From Candidatus Omnitrophota bacterium (GTDB lineage: Bacteria > Omnitrophota > Omnitrophia > Omnitrophales > Aquincolibacteriaceae): a stretch of DNA of 64,000 nt. The position numbers and the translations under genes are program-made. A model generated the notes under the pieces. It searched no databases and was not told the origin of the DNA. It saw only the letters and a list, made by a program, of their open reading frames with translations. The stretch lies in assembly GCA_016196545.1 (NCBI GenBank), contig JACPXM010000040.1:5263-69262 (forward strand), in the 5' to 3' direction. Below are positions 9,001-18,308 of the stretch, piece after piece (position 1 is the first letter of the stretch; every line of letters starts with the position of its first letter).

Positions 9001-10277
9001 AAGCCCAATTCCTTATGAAGGTAAGAAAGGATATCGCCTTCTTTGATTTCAGTCTGGATTTTTTGTTTCATATCCTTGACCGTCCAAATCCCTTTTTTAA
9101 TTTCCTCTGAACCCAAGATTAGAACAAAGCGTGCGGCGGCTTTGTTGGCTTGTTTTAGATGTTTCGAGAGAGATGTTTCGCGTAAATCCAATTCTATGGA
9201 ATAACCTTTTTCACGTAATTTTAAGCCAAGGTCCTTCACGATTTCCTGCACTTTAAAATTTTCTTCAAGAGGGGCTAAATAAACCCGGTACCCGATAAAT
9301 TTGTCAGCTATTTTCCCGCTGGATTTTTCAATGGCTTCCAGCAGTCTTTCCATTCCCAGACTGAAACCTGTGCAAGGCGTTTTTGTACCTCCAAGATCTT
9401 CAAATAAATGATCATACCGTCCGCCCCCCGCAATCGCATTTTGAGCCCCTAATCCTTCCGCTGAGACTTCAAAGACCGCATGATTATAGTAATCGAGACC
9501 ACGCACAAGCCGGCGGTCGACTTCAAACGGAATAGAACCGGATTGAATACAAGAAATCAGATATTCAAATTCCTTACTTAAAGGAGCGATTTCATTCCAC
9601 GGAACTTTGTTAATGATTGGCTGACAGGATTCGTTTTTACAATCAAAAATCCGGAGTACGTTTTTTTCAAGCCGATAACGGCAATCCGGGCAAAGCTTTG
9701 ATAGTTCACGAGAAAAATACTGCTTTAATTGAGGGGTCATTTCCTTCTGCTGATCAAAGGAACCAAGATCATTCAGCCTGAGCTTAAAATTTTTTAGCCC
9801 AGCGTATCTAAGGAAGGAGCACAACAGGAAAACAACGTCGAAGTCAACGTTAAACCCGCCTGAATTTGTTTCATTAATAATTTCGACGCCAATTTGATGA
9901 AACTGCCGTTTGCGTCCCGCTTGGGGGCGCTCTGCTCGGAACATAGGACCGATGTAATAAAGGCGGAGGGACTTGTTGGTTTTGAGAAGACCGTGCTCAA
10001 TAACAGCACGAGCCACGGAGGCGGTCATTTCGGGACGAAGCGTGATCTGGCGGCCACCGCGGTCTTCAAAGGAAAACATTTCTTTGTGAATAATGTCGGA
10101 GGCCTCGCCCACGGAACGGCTGAAAAGATCGGTGTATTCCAAAAGCGGGGTACGTATTTCCTTGAATCCACAGGATTCAAAAAAAACACGCGCTTTCTCC
10201 TCCACCCACTGCCATTTTTCGACTTCCCCAGGGAGAATATCCTCCATTCCCCTGAGCGCTCCGAGTTTCTGGGCCAT
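8997..10277 (-). CDS. hisS: histidine--tRNA ligase
   Basis: 426 aa with GMEDILP, RLYYIGPMFRAERPQAGRKRQFHQ and GGGRYD motifs. It overlaps aspS by 4 nt. Confidence 0.95.
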   Translation of the reverse strand: MAQKLGALRGMEDILPGEVEKWQWVEEKARVFFESCGFKEIRTPLLEYTDLFSRSVGEASDIIHKEMFSFEDRGGRQITLRPEMTASVARAVIEHGLLKTNKSLRLYYIGPMFRAERPQAGRKRQFHQIGVEIINETNSGGFNVDFDVVFLLCSFLRYAGLKNFKLRLNDLGSFDQQKEMTPQLKQYFSRELSKLCPDCRYRLEKNVLRIFDCKNESCQPIINKVPWNEIAPLSKEFEYLISCIQSGSIPFEVDRRLVRGLDYYNHAVFEVSAEGLGAQNAIAGGGRYDHLFEDLGGTKTPCTGFSLGMERLLEAIEKSSGKIADKFIGYRVYLAPLEENFKVQEIVKDLGLKLREKGYSIELDLRETSLSKHLKQANKAAARFVLILGSEEIKKGIWTVKDMKQKIQTEIKEGDILSYLHKELGL

Positions 10278-10339
10278 AAGCGTTGAATCATATCATAGGG
10301 CAACTTGGCTCCGCAATAAAAGGAAACTCCAGGCGGGTA

Positions 10340-11731
10340 TCAAGAAAGAATCATGGGATGCAAGGCATCCACGGAAATGAGGCCCGAGCTAACCTTATTC
10401 ATTCCGTCTTGGGATAAGCTAATCATACCGTGTTTCAAGGCATGGCTTCTCAGAAAGGATGCGGGCCTTCTCTCAAATATCAACTCCCTTAGCCCCTCAT
10501 CGACGGCCATCATTTCACAAATCGCAACTCGGCCGAAATATCCCGATCCTTGGCATTTTTCACACGGCTCGCAGCGCTTGCGCACAAGCCGCTGCGCCAG
10601 CACCGCCTCCACGGAGGAGGCCACCAGATAAGGCTCAATACCCATTTCCACAAGCCGCGTGACGGCCGAAGGAGCGTCATTGGTATGAAGTGTGGAGAAG
10701 ACAAGATGACCCGTAAGGGCCGAACGTATGGCAATCTCCGCGGTCTCTTTATCCCGGATTTCCCCGACCATTAAGATGTCCGGATCATGACGCAACATGG
10801 AGCGAAGTGCGCGTGAAAAAGTAAAATCAATTTTGGGATTCACCTGCATTTGAATGATCCCTGGGACTTTGTATTCCACAGGATCTTCAATCGTGATGAT
10901 TTTCCTGTCCATTTGATTCACTTCCCGAAGACAGGCATAAAGCGTGGTGGTTTTCCCGGATCCTGTAGGCCCTGTGACAAGCATCATGCCATGAGGCTTT
11001 TGACAGAATTTTCTTATCTTTTCAAGCATCGGGGGACTCATTCCAAGCTCTTCAAGCGATAAAAAATCCAGCGGCTTTAAAATACGAATCACCACGGCCT
11101 CCCCGTAAGTGGAAGGAAGAATGGAAACCCGCAAATCAAATTCCCCGCTCTTCGTTTTGACTTTGATTCGGCCGTCCTGGGGAAGGCGCTTCTCGCCGAT
11201 ATCAAGCTTGGCCATAATCTTGACCCTTGAGACAAAATGAGCGGCCACCTTTTCAATTCCTTGAGGGAGATTCGCCTTCATTAAATAACCATCCACACGG
11301 TAGCGAATACGGAAGCTTTTTTCAAAGGGTTCAATGTGAATGTCTGAAGCCCGGTGTTTTAAGGAGTCCATAAGAAGCTCGTTCACAAGCGCGGGCAAGG
11401 AAGCGACTTTAATTTCTCCGTCCAAAGTTTCAGCCTCCGCGGTCTCGGAAGCAATGACGGTTTCCTGCTCCATTAATTCGTCCATGACCGCGGCCCCCAC
11501 ACCGTAAATTCTCTGGATTTCCTTTTCAATGAATTCACGGGAATGCTCCTGAAACTCGAGAGGCTTTTGAATCATAATGAGCAGCTCTTCCTTATATTGG
11601 GAAGGAAAATCCGGAGGGATGGCGAGCTTTACAAGCCGGTCCTCGTAAGCAAGGGGCAGCACTTTATAATGAAAGGCGATTTTGGAAGGGACCAGATCCG
11701 TCACTGAAGGCTTCTTTAAAGCTTCCATCAA
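10340..11731 (-). CDS. type II secretion / type IV pilus assembly ATPase (GspE/PilB family)
   Basis: Walker A GPTGSGKTTTLYA, Asp box, Walker B (ILMVGEIRD), His box (TGHLVFSTLHTN) and a Cys-rich C-terminal motif. Confidence 0.9.
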   Translation of the reverse strand: MMEALKKPSVTDLVPSKIAFHYKVLPLAYEDRLVKLAIPPDFPSQYKEELLIMIQKPLEFQEHSREFIEKEIQRIYGVGAAVMDELMEQETVIASETAEAETLDGEIKVASLPALVNELLMDSLKHRASDIHIEPFEKSFRIRYRVDGYLMKANLPQGIEKVAAHFVSRVKIMAKLDIGEKRLPQDGRIKVKTKSGEFDLRVSILPSTYGEAVVIRILKPLDFLSLEELGMSPPMLEKIRKFCQKPHGMMLVTGPTGSGKTTTLYACLREVNQMDRKIITIEDPVEYKVPGIIQMQVNPKIDFTFSRALRSMLRHDPDILMVGEIRDKETAEIAIRSALTGHLVFSTLHTNDAPSAVTRLVEMGIEPYLVASSVEAVLAQRLVRKRCEPCEKCQGSGYFGRVAICEMMAVDEGLRELIFERRPASFLRSHALKHGMISLSQDGMNKVSSGLISVDALHPMILS

Positions 11732-12249
11732 AGTCCTCCCTGAATAGGCTTCGCCAGTATGATTTCATAGTGAAAGAGTTTCTCGCCCTCCGGTTTTTTC
11801 AGGGATAAACCTTCCAGCCTTGCGGCGGGATCTTTTTCCATTAAATGATAGAGAAACCGGACTAGCTTTTGAATATCCCCTTGAAACTCAAGGTATAGCC
11901 ACGCCTCTTTCTTGCCCTTTTTCTCCTGAATCCCTTGAGGCTCGAGCTTTGAAAAAACCAGGGATTCGGAGGAAGAATAATTCAATAAATCTTGAGTCCA
12001 AAGATTCATAATATTTTCTGTTTGAGAGGGCTCAATCAAAGAGGCTTTATGCTTATCCCATTCCATTTGAAGGCTTTCATTTTGCAATAAAAGAGATTTA
12101 TAACTTGAGAGGATTTGAGATTTTTGTGCTCTCTTCTCGTTTAATCCAAGAAACCAGGGGCTGAAAAGGGCCCACGCAAGACACACTAAAAGCGCTGTTA
12201 TCAATAGCGCCCCTAAGATACTCGTAATCTGTTTTCTCATAGCTGCCAC
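11728..12249 (-). CDS. GspM/PilO-like inner-membrane assembly protein
   Basis: 173 aa with a single N-terminal TM, a coiled region and a small C-terminal domain. It sits between the L-like and E genes and has 4-nt overlaps with its neighbours. Confidence 0.5.
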   Translation of the reverse strand: MAAMRKQITSILGALLITALLVCLAWALFSPWFLGLNEKRAQKSQILSSYKSLLLQNESLQMEWDKHKASLIEPSQTENIMNLWTQDLLNYSSSESLVFSKLEPQGIQEKKGKKEAWLYLEFQGDIQKLVRFLYHLMEKDPAARLEGLSLKKPEGEKLFHYEIILAKPIQGGL

Positions 12250-13535
12250 TTCCCTGTGATTTCAAAGTCAAAATAATCTTCGTTCAAGCGTTTCCTTAAA
12301 CCCGTGCGTTCCAACTTGATCTCATGAAGCCCTTCTATTTCTTCCATTGTTTTCACGGTTTCGGACAAAATTTGATGCGAAGGGCATTCTCCTTTGAAGA
12401 GAAAATCAGCACCTTTAATTTCAAGCTTCCTTAATACCACTTTGGGAGAGATTTTTTCCGCCATGCTCTTCAGAAACTCCAGAACGTTGGCTTTGGAATT
12501 CTGAGAAGTTTCAATGAGTTGAACACGGGAGCGAATTTCTTTAAGCTTTTCTATTTCAGGTTTCAACCGCAGGATTTCTGATTCCATTTGAGACAGCCGA
12601 ACATTTTCAGAATAAGCCTTGAGGGAAAAGGCAAGAATAAAAGCAAAAAAGACAGCCAAACCCGTGAGGATTAATTCCCGGAAAGTTCTCTTCACTGTCC
12701 TTTGCTTTTTTAAAAGCTTCTCGGCATGGGGCAATAGGCTTAAAGGGGCATGACGATCCATGAATTTTGCCCCATAAAGCACGGCGGGAATTGATTCATC
12801 GCTTACAGGTAACTTTTCTATGGGAATTGAGAAATGGCGTGTCACTCCTTCAAGTGAGGCCTTGTCCCATTGGCCTAAAACAAATATCTTTTGAGGTTTG
12901 GCGGCTCTTTCGAGTAAAAGAAGCGAGATTTCTTCGGCCATATCCTCTGTGGGACCGGCAAAGACTCTTGAAAAATAAAGCCTTCGTTTGGAAATGAAGA
13001 TAGCGACGACTTTTCCCTCTTCACCATAGAGAAGCAGCGTCGGGCCATTCTCCCCTTTTTCAAGGAAGTGCCAATAAAGGGATTGATCTTCGGTAATAAT
13101 CTCTGTGGGAAGAATAGAAAATTCGGCAAGCTGATCGAGTATTTCCCTTAAATTCCTCTCGGGCAAGCCCATCAAAATACCATTGGCAGCATCCTTTTCT
13201 TCTTCAAGGGATATCCCAAACGCCATTTGTTTGGCGGAATAAGGCAAAAGCTCGCTGATTTTTTCCTGAAGTCTGCCGCGTAAATTCTCACTTGGGCCTG
13301 TCAATACAAGCTCTTTTTGCAATACCTCAGAACGGCTTAACGCGAGAATTGTTTCTTCTAGCTTTGAACTACCGACAAAAGATTGGACCTTCGCTTTTAC
13401 TATGGCCTCCGGCATTTCGCGAAGAAAGATTTTCTCGAAAATCATCCCGCCCTTTGCTTCAACTTTAAGCAAAGCTAAAGAATCGGGTCGATAGCTCACA
13501 ATCAATCTTTCTTTTTTATTCCATCTATTCTTCAT
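12237..13535 (-). CDS. GspL-like protein (PilM-like cytoplasmic domain + TM + PilN-like periplasmic domain)
   Basis: 432 aa. A central TM segment (LILTGLAVFFAFILAFSL) is followed by a coiled coil. Called from position and architecture. Confidence 0.5.
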   Translation of the reverse strand: MKNRWNKKERLIVSYRPDSLALLKVEAKGGMIFEKIFLREMPEAIVKAKVQSFVGSSKLEETILALSRSEVLQKELVLTGPSENLRGRLQEKISELLPYSAKQMAFGISLEEEKDAANGILMGLPERNLREILDQLAEFSILPTEIITEDQSLYWHFLEKGENGPTLLLYGEEGKVVAIFISKRRLYFSRVFAGPTEDMAEEISLLLLERAAKPQKIFVLGQWDKASLEGVTRHFSIPIEKLPVSDESIPAVLYGAKFMDRHAPLSLLPHAEKLLKKQRTVKRTFRELILTGLAVFFAFILAFSLKAYSENVRLSQMESEILRLKPEIEKLKEIRSRVQLIETSQNSKANVLEFLKSMAEKISPKVVLRKLEIKGADFLFKGECPSHQILSETVKTMEEIEGLHEIKLERTGLRKRLNEDYFDFEITGKWQL

Positions 13536-14424
13536 GCCAGCTCAAGACCTCAAATTTAAAATTCTCAATTTCTTTGATAACAGCTTCCGCGGTTTTGTGA
13601 TTCGTTTTGATCTTTATCCGGTAATGCGCGGAATCCGTTGTCACCCCATTTAAAAATAGCTGGACGAGAGACAGGATTTGCGGGGTTTCGTCCAAATCAA
13701 GCCGTTTGGTAAAGTCCCGCGGAGTAAGTTCCTTACTTTGAATCGAGGACTGCCTTTGGCGGTCCTCAAGGATTTTCTTAAGCAAATCTGCTTTCGCGAA
13801 TTCATCGCCTGAAATGGACTTCAAATAAGCTTCCAGCACAAGCGGTGAAGCGGTATTGAGATTAATTTGGCCCGTCGTTGGAGCTACCGTTATATAAGGA
13901 AGGATTTTGGCTAACTCCATAACCGGTATTTCATTCCATAAATAAAGCTCATCCAGAGACCCAATCCCCTTTTCACGCGCTTCCATAAGGCGTTTGATCC
14001 AGGCCTTTTTGTCCGCGTTTACAAGAGGTTCGACCTGCGATTCAAAAATCTCAAAGAAGCTTTTGAGCAGTTTCTCTGAGGCAAAGTTTAAATTGATTTT
14101 GGACTCTTCGTCTTCAACTTCCAAAACCAGAGGGGGTCTGACCCCTTTAACTTTTAAGCCCGAGGGGTCAGACCCCTTTTGTTTTATGTACCATTTGTCC
14201 TGTAGAGAATCCTCATGAGGAAAAGGATCTGACAAAATCGCTTCCTTGACCTGACTCAGAGCCGTCTGAAACTGCATTTTGTCTTCAAGGCCTTGAAGCT
14301 CCCGCTTCATCATCAACGTGTGCTGGCTGGCCTCAAACCCCAGGCTTGCTGCAGTGATCGATAAAATCGAAATCAAAAAGACGGAGGCGACAAGTACGGA
14401 CCCTTTCTTATTTTTCATCCCCAT
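13525..14424 (-). CDS. GspK-like minor pseudopilin
   Basis: N-terminus MGMKNKKGSVLVASVFLISILSITAASLG and an EDEESKINLNFASEKLL motif, as in GspK. ATG 14424 is preceded by GGAAGGA. The longer track start (14559) overlaps the upstream gene. Confidence 0.6.
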   Translation of the reverse strand: MGMKNKKGSVLVASVFLISILSITAASLGFEASQHTLMMKRELQGLEDKMQFQTALSQVKEAILSDPFPHEDSLQDKWYIKQKGSDPSGLKVKGVRPPLVLEVEDEESKINLNFASEKLLKSFFEIFESQVEPLVNADKKAWIKRLMEAREKGIGSLDELYLWNEIPVMELAKILPYITVAPTTGQINLNTASPLVLEAYLKSISGDEFAKADLLKKILEDRQRQSSIQSKELTPRDFTKRLDLDETPQILSLVQLFLNGVTTDSAHYRIKIKTNHKTAEAVIKEIENFKFEVLSWHEE

Positions 14425-15103
14425 GCCCAATCCTTCCTTGAGGAATAGAAACCACTTTTTCAAATTCTCCAATCTTAATCTGAACCGCCCTTGGCAGGCC
14501 CTGATACGGATCATCCAACCAATCGTTTTCAAATTCCCGCATACCGTCGTCATTTTCATAAGGAAAGAAGAATTCCGCGGCCGGACCTTCCTTAAATAGG
14601 ATTTGTTCCTTTGCTTTTTCCTGCTTTAATCCTTGGGTGATTTTTCGCTCTTTTCGATAAAGTTTGTTTCCTTCCATCTTATATTCCACCGTAAAAAGCG
14701 TGTCTCCTTTTCGAATGGGAAATTCAATTCCGGAGTGCTTTCCCTTAAAAGGATGTTCCCGGAGTCTGACCATATTCCTTAAATCCTGATCCATCCGCAT
14801 AAAGGTAAGCCGTATGGGATCATATTCCCTGAAACTTTCCCGAATCCTTGCCTCAGCCTTGACGGCCTGATAAAACGATGTCGTCACTCCCGCGCCTGCA
14901 ATTCCAAAAAGCGTCAACGCAATCAAGCTGTCAATTAATAGAAAACCATGTGCTCGCTGTATGACGGGTCCTGTCGCTGCGACATCCCATTTGTGCTCGG
15001 TAGATACCTGCGCGCAAATGGGAGCCCTGTCTCCGCGCCACCCGTCATACAGCTCTCTAAGAAGAAAGAACGGTTTCAAAATTCCATTCATCTCTGCCTG
15101 CAC
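14408..15103 (-). CDS. GspJ-like minor pseudopilin with atypically long N-terminal extension
   Basis: Prepilin motif ...RAHG|FLLIDSLIALTLFGIAGAG, with Asp rather than Glu at +5. The only in-frame ATG codons (15103, 15091) lie inside the upstream gene. The 5' region contains a 98-bp hairpin element. Confidence 0.55.
   Translation of the reverse strand: MQAEMNGILKPFFLLRELYDGWRGDRAPICAQVSTEHKWDVAATGPVIQRAHGFLLIDSLIALTLFGIAGAGVTTSFYQAVKAEARIRESFREYDPIRLTFMRMDQDLRNMVRLREHPFKGKHSGIEFPIRKGDTLFTVEYKMEGNKLYRKERKITQGLKQEKAKEQILFKEGPAAEFFFPYENDDGMREFENDWLDDPYQGLPRAVQIKIGEFEKVVSIPQGRIGHGDEK
14956..15053. repeat. 98-bp GC-rich nested palindromic element in the 5' part of the GspJ-like ORF
   Basis: Perfect 14-bp terminal inverted repeat: GCTGTATGACGGGT (14956-14969) and ACCCGTCATACAGC (15040-15053). 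There is also an inner 9-bp inverted repeat, TCCCATTTG / CAAATGGGA. I counted about 61% GC, above my by-eye estimate for the flanking sequence. Confidence 0.7.
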
Positions 15104-15578
15104 CTTTCAGCTGAATTTGGGTATCATAGAATTCGATGGGAATTGAGACTTCCTGCTGATGAAGTTTGGTTATGATTTCAAATAAATAACCATCCTTATT
15201 TTCTTTTCCACCAAAAAGTAATAGATCCATGCGTTCGCTGATTTCCAGCTGATACAGTAACTTTTCCGTAGCCAATAATCCTTTAGTAATAAATTCTCCT
15301 TTTCCAGTTACTTTGAGACTTCCCGATAAAACTCCCATTAAGGAAACACAAGCTATGGAAATTATGACTAAGGCAATCAAAGCTTCGATCAACTGAAAAC
15401 CGTTCTCATTTGTTATTAAGATGCGAGAGGCTTGTGGCAGGGCACGCTCGCGAGGCGTAGCGGGCACGGATTCCGCCGTTTTGTGGCGGAAGAGCGAAGC
15501 CGAGCGTTGCGAGTGAGTCCCGCCTCGCAGGGGCGGGACGAGCGGTGCCGTCGACACAAGCCTCTCGCATCTTTTCAT
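15057..15578 (-). CDS. GspI-like minor pseudopilin carrying a 52-codon in-frame insertion in its leader peptide
   Basis: The ATG at 15578 overlaps the gspF-like stop as ATGA. The mature part is G|FQLIEALIALVIISIA, with canonical Glu at +5. Codons 3-54 are encoded by the palindromic element at 15418..15573. Confidence 0.65.
   Translation of the reverse strand: MKRCERLVSTAPLVPPLRGGTHSQRSASLFRHKTAESVPATPRERALPQASRILITNENGFQLIEALIALVIISIACVSLMGVLSGSLKVTGKGEFITKGLLATEKLLYQLEISERMDLLLFGGKENKDGYLFEIITKLHQQEVSIPIEFYDTQIQLKGAGRDEWNFETVLSS
15418..15573. repeat. 156-bp GC-rich palindromic (MITE/RPE-like) element inserted in frame
   Basis: Perfect 19-bp terminal inverted repeat: AAGATGCGAGAGGCTTGTG (15418-15436) and CACAAGCCTCTCGCATCTT (15555-15573). 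Internal hairpins are TTCCGCC-N7-GGCGGAA and GTCCCGCC-N7-GGCGGGAC. The length is 3 x 52. Confidence 0.75.
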
Positions 15579-16654
15579 TGCACTAATCCGTTCATTTCGA
15601 TAATGGGTAAAATGACACTTAAAACTACAAATCCCGTGACAAGCCCCACGATTAAAATCAAGGACGGCTCAAGCAGCTTCATTAGAATTTGTATGCGCGA
15701 TTCCATCTCCCGCGCAGCATCTTCACTAATATCCTTCAGTGCTTCGGGCAAATGACCTGCCTCTTCACCCGCACTGATTAAAGCAAGCTGGGATTCACGG
15801 ATCCAGCTCACATCCTGACATGAAACAGAAAAAGATTTCCCTTCGGAGAGTAACGCCTTAATTCTTGCTAGGGACTGCGGCTCTCCTCCCACCGCCTCAA
15901 GTGCTGAGACAATAGATACTCCGCTTTCAAGTAAAAGCGATAAAAGAGAACTAAATTGATAAAGTTTCTTTTGACGTATCAGTTCCCCAAAGAGAGGCGT
16001 GCTTTTAAAGAGAATCTCTACACCAATCCCGAATCTCCTCAGGAAATAAAAAATAAGCCCCGAGAGGAGAATAAATAAAATGAGGGCAGGAAAGAAATAC
16101 TGAGAAGCCATTAAAGTAAAAGAGGTAAGCGCTGGAAGTTTCCCTCCAAAGCTGTCATAAACAGGCAAAATCTTCGGAATCACCCACTGAAAGAGCACGG
16201 CCATGGCAAGTACGCCAAAACCCAGCACAAACAGAGGATAAGCCAGGGCTTCTTTGATTTTCCGGTTTCTTTCCTCAGTGGCTTCAAAATGCTTCGCCAG
16301 AAGCATAAGAATTCTCTCAAGCGTTCCCGAGATTTCCCCGGCCTGAACCATATCGATAAAATACCTCGGGAAATTACCTTCTCCCGTCTCAAGTCCCGCC
16401 GAAAGACTTTTTCCTTCTTCAAGAGATTGATGGAGATTTACAAGAACCAATTGAAATGACTTTGCGGTGATTTCCTTTTTGATAATCTCAAGCGCCCTTA
16501 AAATTGGTACTCCACCCCGGATCAACCTTGAAAGGCTTGCAGAGAATATCCTAAGATCTTTAATTTTGATTTTGAGTTTGTGATTAGAGGCGACCGATTT
16601 TGACTTGGTCTCTTTCTCCTCACTTAAAACGAGCTCTAATTCATTTAGAATCAT
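15575..16654 (-). CDS. type II secretion / type IV pilus platform protein (GspF/PilC family)
   Basis: Two GspF-type repeats with three TM segments. The start at ATG 16654 (MILNELE) overlaps the secretin stop by 14 nt. The track start at 16777 is probably too long. Confidence 0.85.
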   Translation of the reverse strand: MILNELELVLSEEKETKSKSVASNHKLKIKIKDLRIFSASLSRLIRGGVPILRALEIIKKEITAKSFQLVLVNLHQSLEEGKSLSAGLETGEGNFPRYFIDMVQAGEISGTLERILMLLAKHFEATEERNRKIKEALAYPLFVLGFGVLAMAVLFQWVIPKILPVYDSFGGKLPALTSFTLMASQYFFPALILFILLSGLIFYFLRRFGIGVEILFKSTPLFGELIRQKKLYQFSSLLSLLLESGVSIVSALEAVGGEPQSLARIKALLSEGKSFSVSCQDVSWIRESQLALISAGEEAGHLPEALKDISEDAAREMESRIQILMKLLEPSLILIVGLVTGFVVLSVILPIIEMNGLVQ

Positions 16655-18308
16655 GCTTTGTCTTTTCCCAATACGGCAGTTCTCCCACTTTTGCATGTCG
16701 CAGTGGATCGACATAAGTATTTCGATAGGAATACTCTCCAAATTTTTCAAAGGGCAATATTTGATCTTTGGAATCAACGAAACGGGAAACCTCTTTGGAT
16801 TGCTCCGTGGGACGAATAATCGTCGGCGTCAAAAACGTGACGAGTTCGGTTTTTGTAAAATCATTCGAACGGCTGTGAAAAAGACGACCGAATACGGGAA
16901 TGGATCCTATTATCGGGACTTTGGAGGACTGTTTATCTTGTGAATCTTGAATCAATCCCCCAATGACAATTGTCACTCCTGATTTCACCTGCACTGTAGT
17001 TTCAAGTTCTTGAGTTGTAACAATGGGAATGCTTGTTCTTGTGAAGGCAGTGTTGGAGCCTTGAGCCACTCCTTCAAGTTCAAGGGTTTGACTGGAACTA
17101 GAAACTTCCGGTTTAATTTTCATTTCCACGAAATCATCGTTTGAAATCCGGGGCAGGACTTTTAAGGTAACTCCCACATCCACAAATTGCACATTGTCTG
17201 CGGTATTAGTCGAATTGGTGGTTTGCACAACAGTTTGTGAGACAAACGGCTGTTTGGTGGCTACGGCGAGTTTTGCTTCTTCATTATTCATCACGGTTAC
17301 GCGGGGACTTGAAAGCGTATTGGTTTTGCCGATTCGTTCCAGTAAATCCAACACCACTCGAAAATCTTCTCCACTTTGACCCAAGGCAAAAGTCGTAAGT
17401 GCTGCGGCACTCGCAGGCGGTGAAACTGCAAGCGGCGCAGCCGCCCGAATATTTTCAAAACGCCCGACTTCCTGAATAATATATTCCCAATCGATTCCCT
17501 GCCTGAAACTGTCGGTTAATGTGACCTCTACAATTTTCGCTTCAATCAAAACCTGCGGAACTTGCACATCCAACGCATCCACCAGTTTTCCGACTTCCTC
17601 AATTCGGCTGGGAATATCCATAACAACAATTCGATTCGCACGCTTATCGACTTGAACTTTACCAGCACCTCCTTCAAGCATGCCTTTGAGCTTTTCTTCA
17701 AGATCTTCTACCTTGGCATAACGAAGACTAAATACTTTGGTTTCTTGCGGCTTGTCCCATTCTGTGATCATCAGTTTCATTTCCGCTAAAATCTCAGGGT
17801 TGTCGGTAATCACAAGAGAATTGGTGCGGGGTTCCGTCAAAATTCTTCCCATGGCACTTTTGACATCCGCCAGCTTCCCGGCAAGCATTTCCGCCTTGGC
17901 AAAGCGAAGGCTGAAGGACTCAGTTTTTCTTATGTCTCGATAGGGCCTCCCAGTTTTTAGCAAATATTCCTCTTCGGTCATCACCTTGATGACATTCCCT
18001 TCTGTCACGCTTGCAAGACCTTGGGATTCCAGAATAGTCCTTAGCGCTTCTTCAATTGGGACATCCTGCAGGAATATAGAAACTTGCCCTTGCACATTTT
18101 TTCCCGCAACAATATTGAGGCCAGATTTTTTCGAAAGAATCTTAAAAACATCAAAAATACTGACGCCTTGGAGTTCAAGAGTGAGATTGCCGGAAATAGG
18201 GATTACATTCTCCGGGACAGGAGAAGCCTCTGCCTCCCCCGCAAAAGAATTGGGAATTAAAACAAAACATGTAAAAATCAGACAAGAAACAAAAATTATT
18301 TTTTTCAT
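16641..18308 (-). CDS. secretin (GspD/PilQ family) outer-membrane channel
   Basis: 555 aa with a signal peptide, N-domains and a C-terminal secretin core (VIGGLIQDSQDKQSSKVPIIGSIPVFGRLF). Confidence 0.9.
   Translation of the reverse strand: MKKIIFVSCLIFTCFVLIPNSFAGEAEASPVPENVIPISGNLTLELQGVSIFDVFKILSKKSGLNIVAGKNVQGQVSIFLQDVPIEEALRTILESQGLASVTEGNVIKVMTEEEYLLKTGRPYRDIRKTESFSLRFAKAEMLAGKLADVKSAMGRILTEPRTNSLVITDNPEILAEMKLMITEWDKPQETKVFSLRYAKVEDLEEKLKGMLEGGAGKVQVDKRANRIVVMDIPSRIEEVGKLVDALDVQVPQVLIEAKIVEVTLTDSFRQGIDWEYIIQEVGRFENIRAAAPLAVSPPASAAALTTFALGQSGEDFRVVLDLLERIGKTNTLSSPRVTVMNNEEAKLAVATKQPFVSQTVVQTTNSTNTADNVQFVDVGVTLKVLPRISNDDFVEMKIKPEVSSSSQTLELEGVAQGSNTAFTRTSIPIVTTQELETTVQVKSGVTIVIGGLIQDSQDKQSSKVPIIGSIPVFGRLFHSRSNDFTKTELVTFLTPTIIRPTEQSKEVSRFVDSKDQILPFEKFGEYSYRNTYVDPLRHAKVGELPYWEKTKHDSK

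Noticed and set aside
15057-15578. Treating the first 60 aa of the pseudopilin ORF (MKRCERLVSTAPLVPPLRGG...) as a genuine N-terminal protein domain.
   Set aside because: The segment coincides exactly with a GC-rich inverted-repeat element, and removing it restores a canonical short prepilin leader. I therefore interpret it as an insertion. Whether it is translated remains open.
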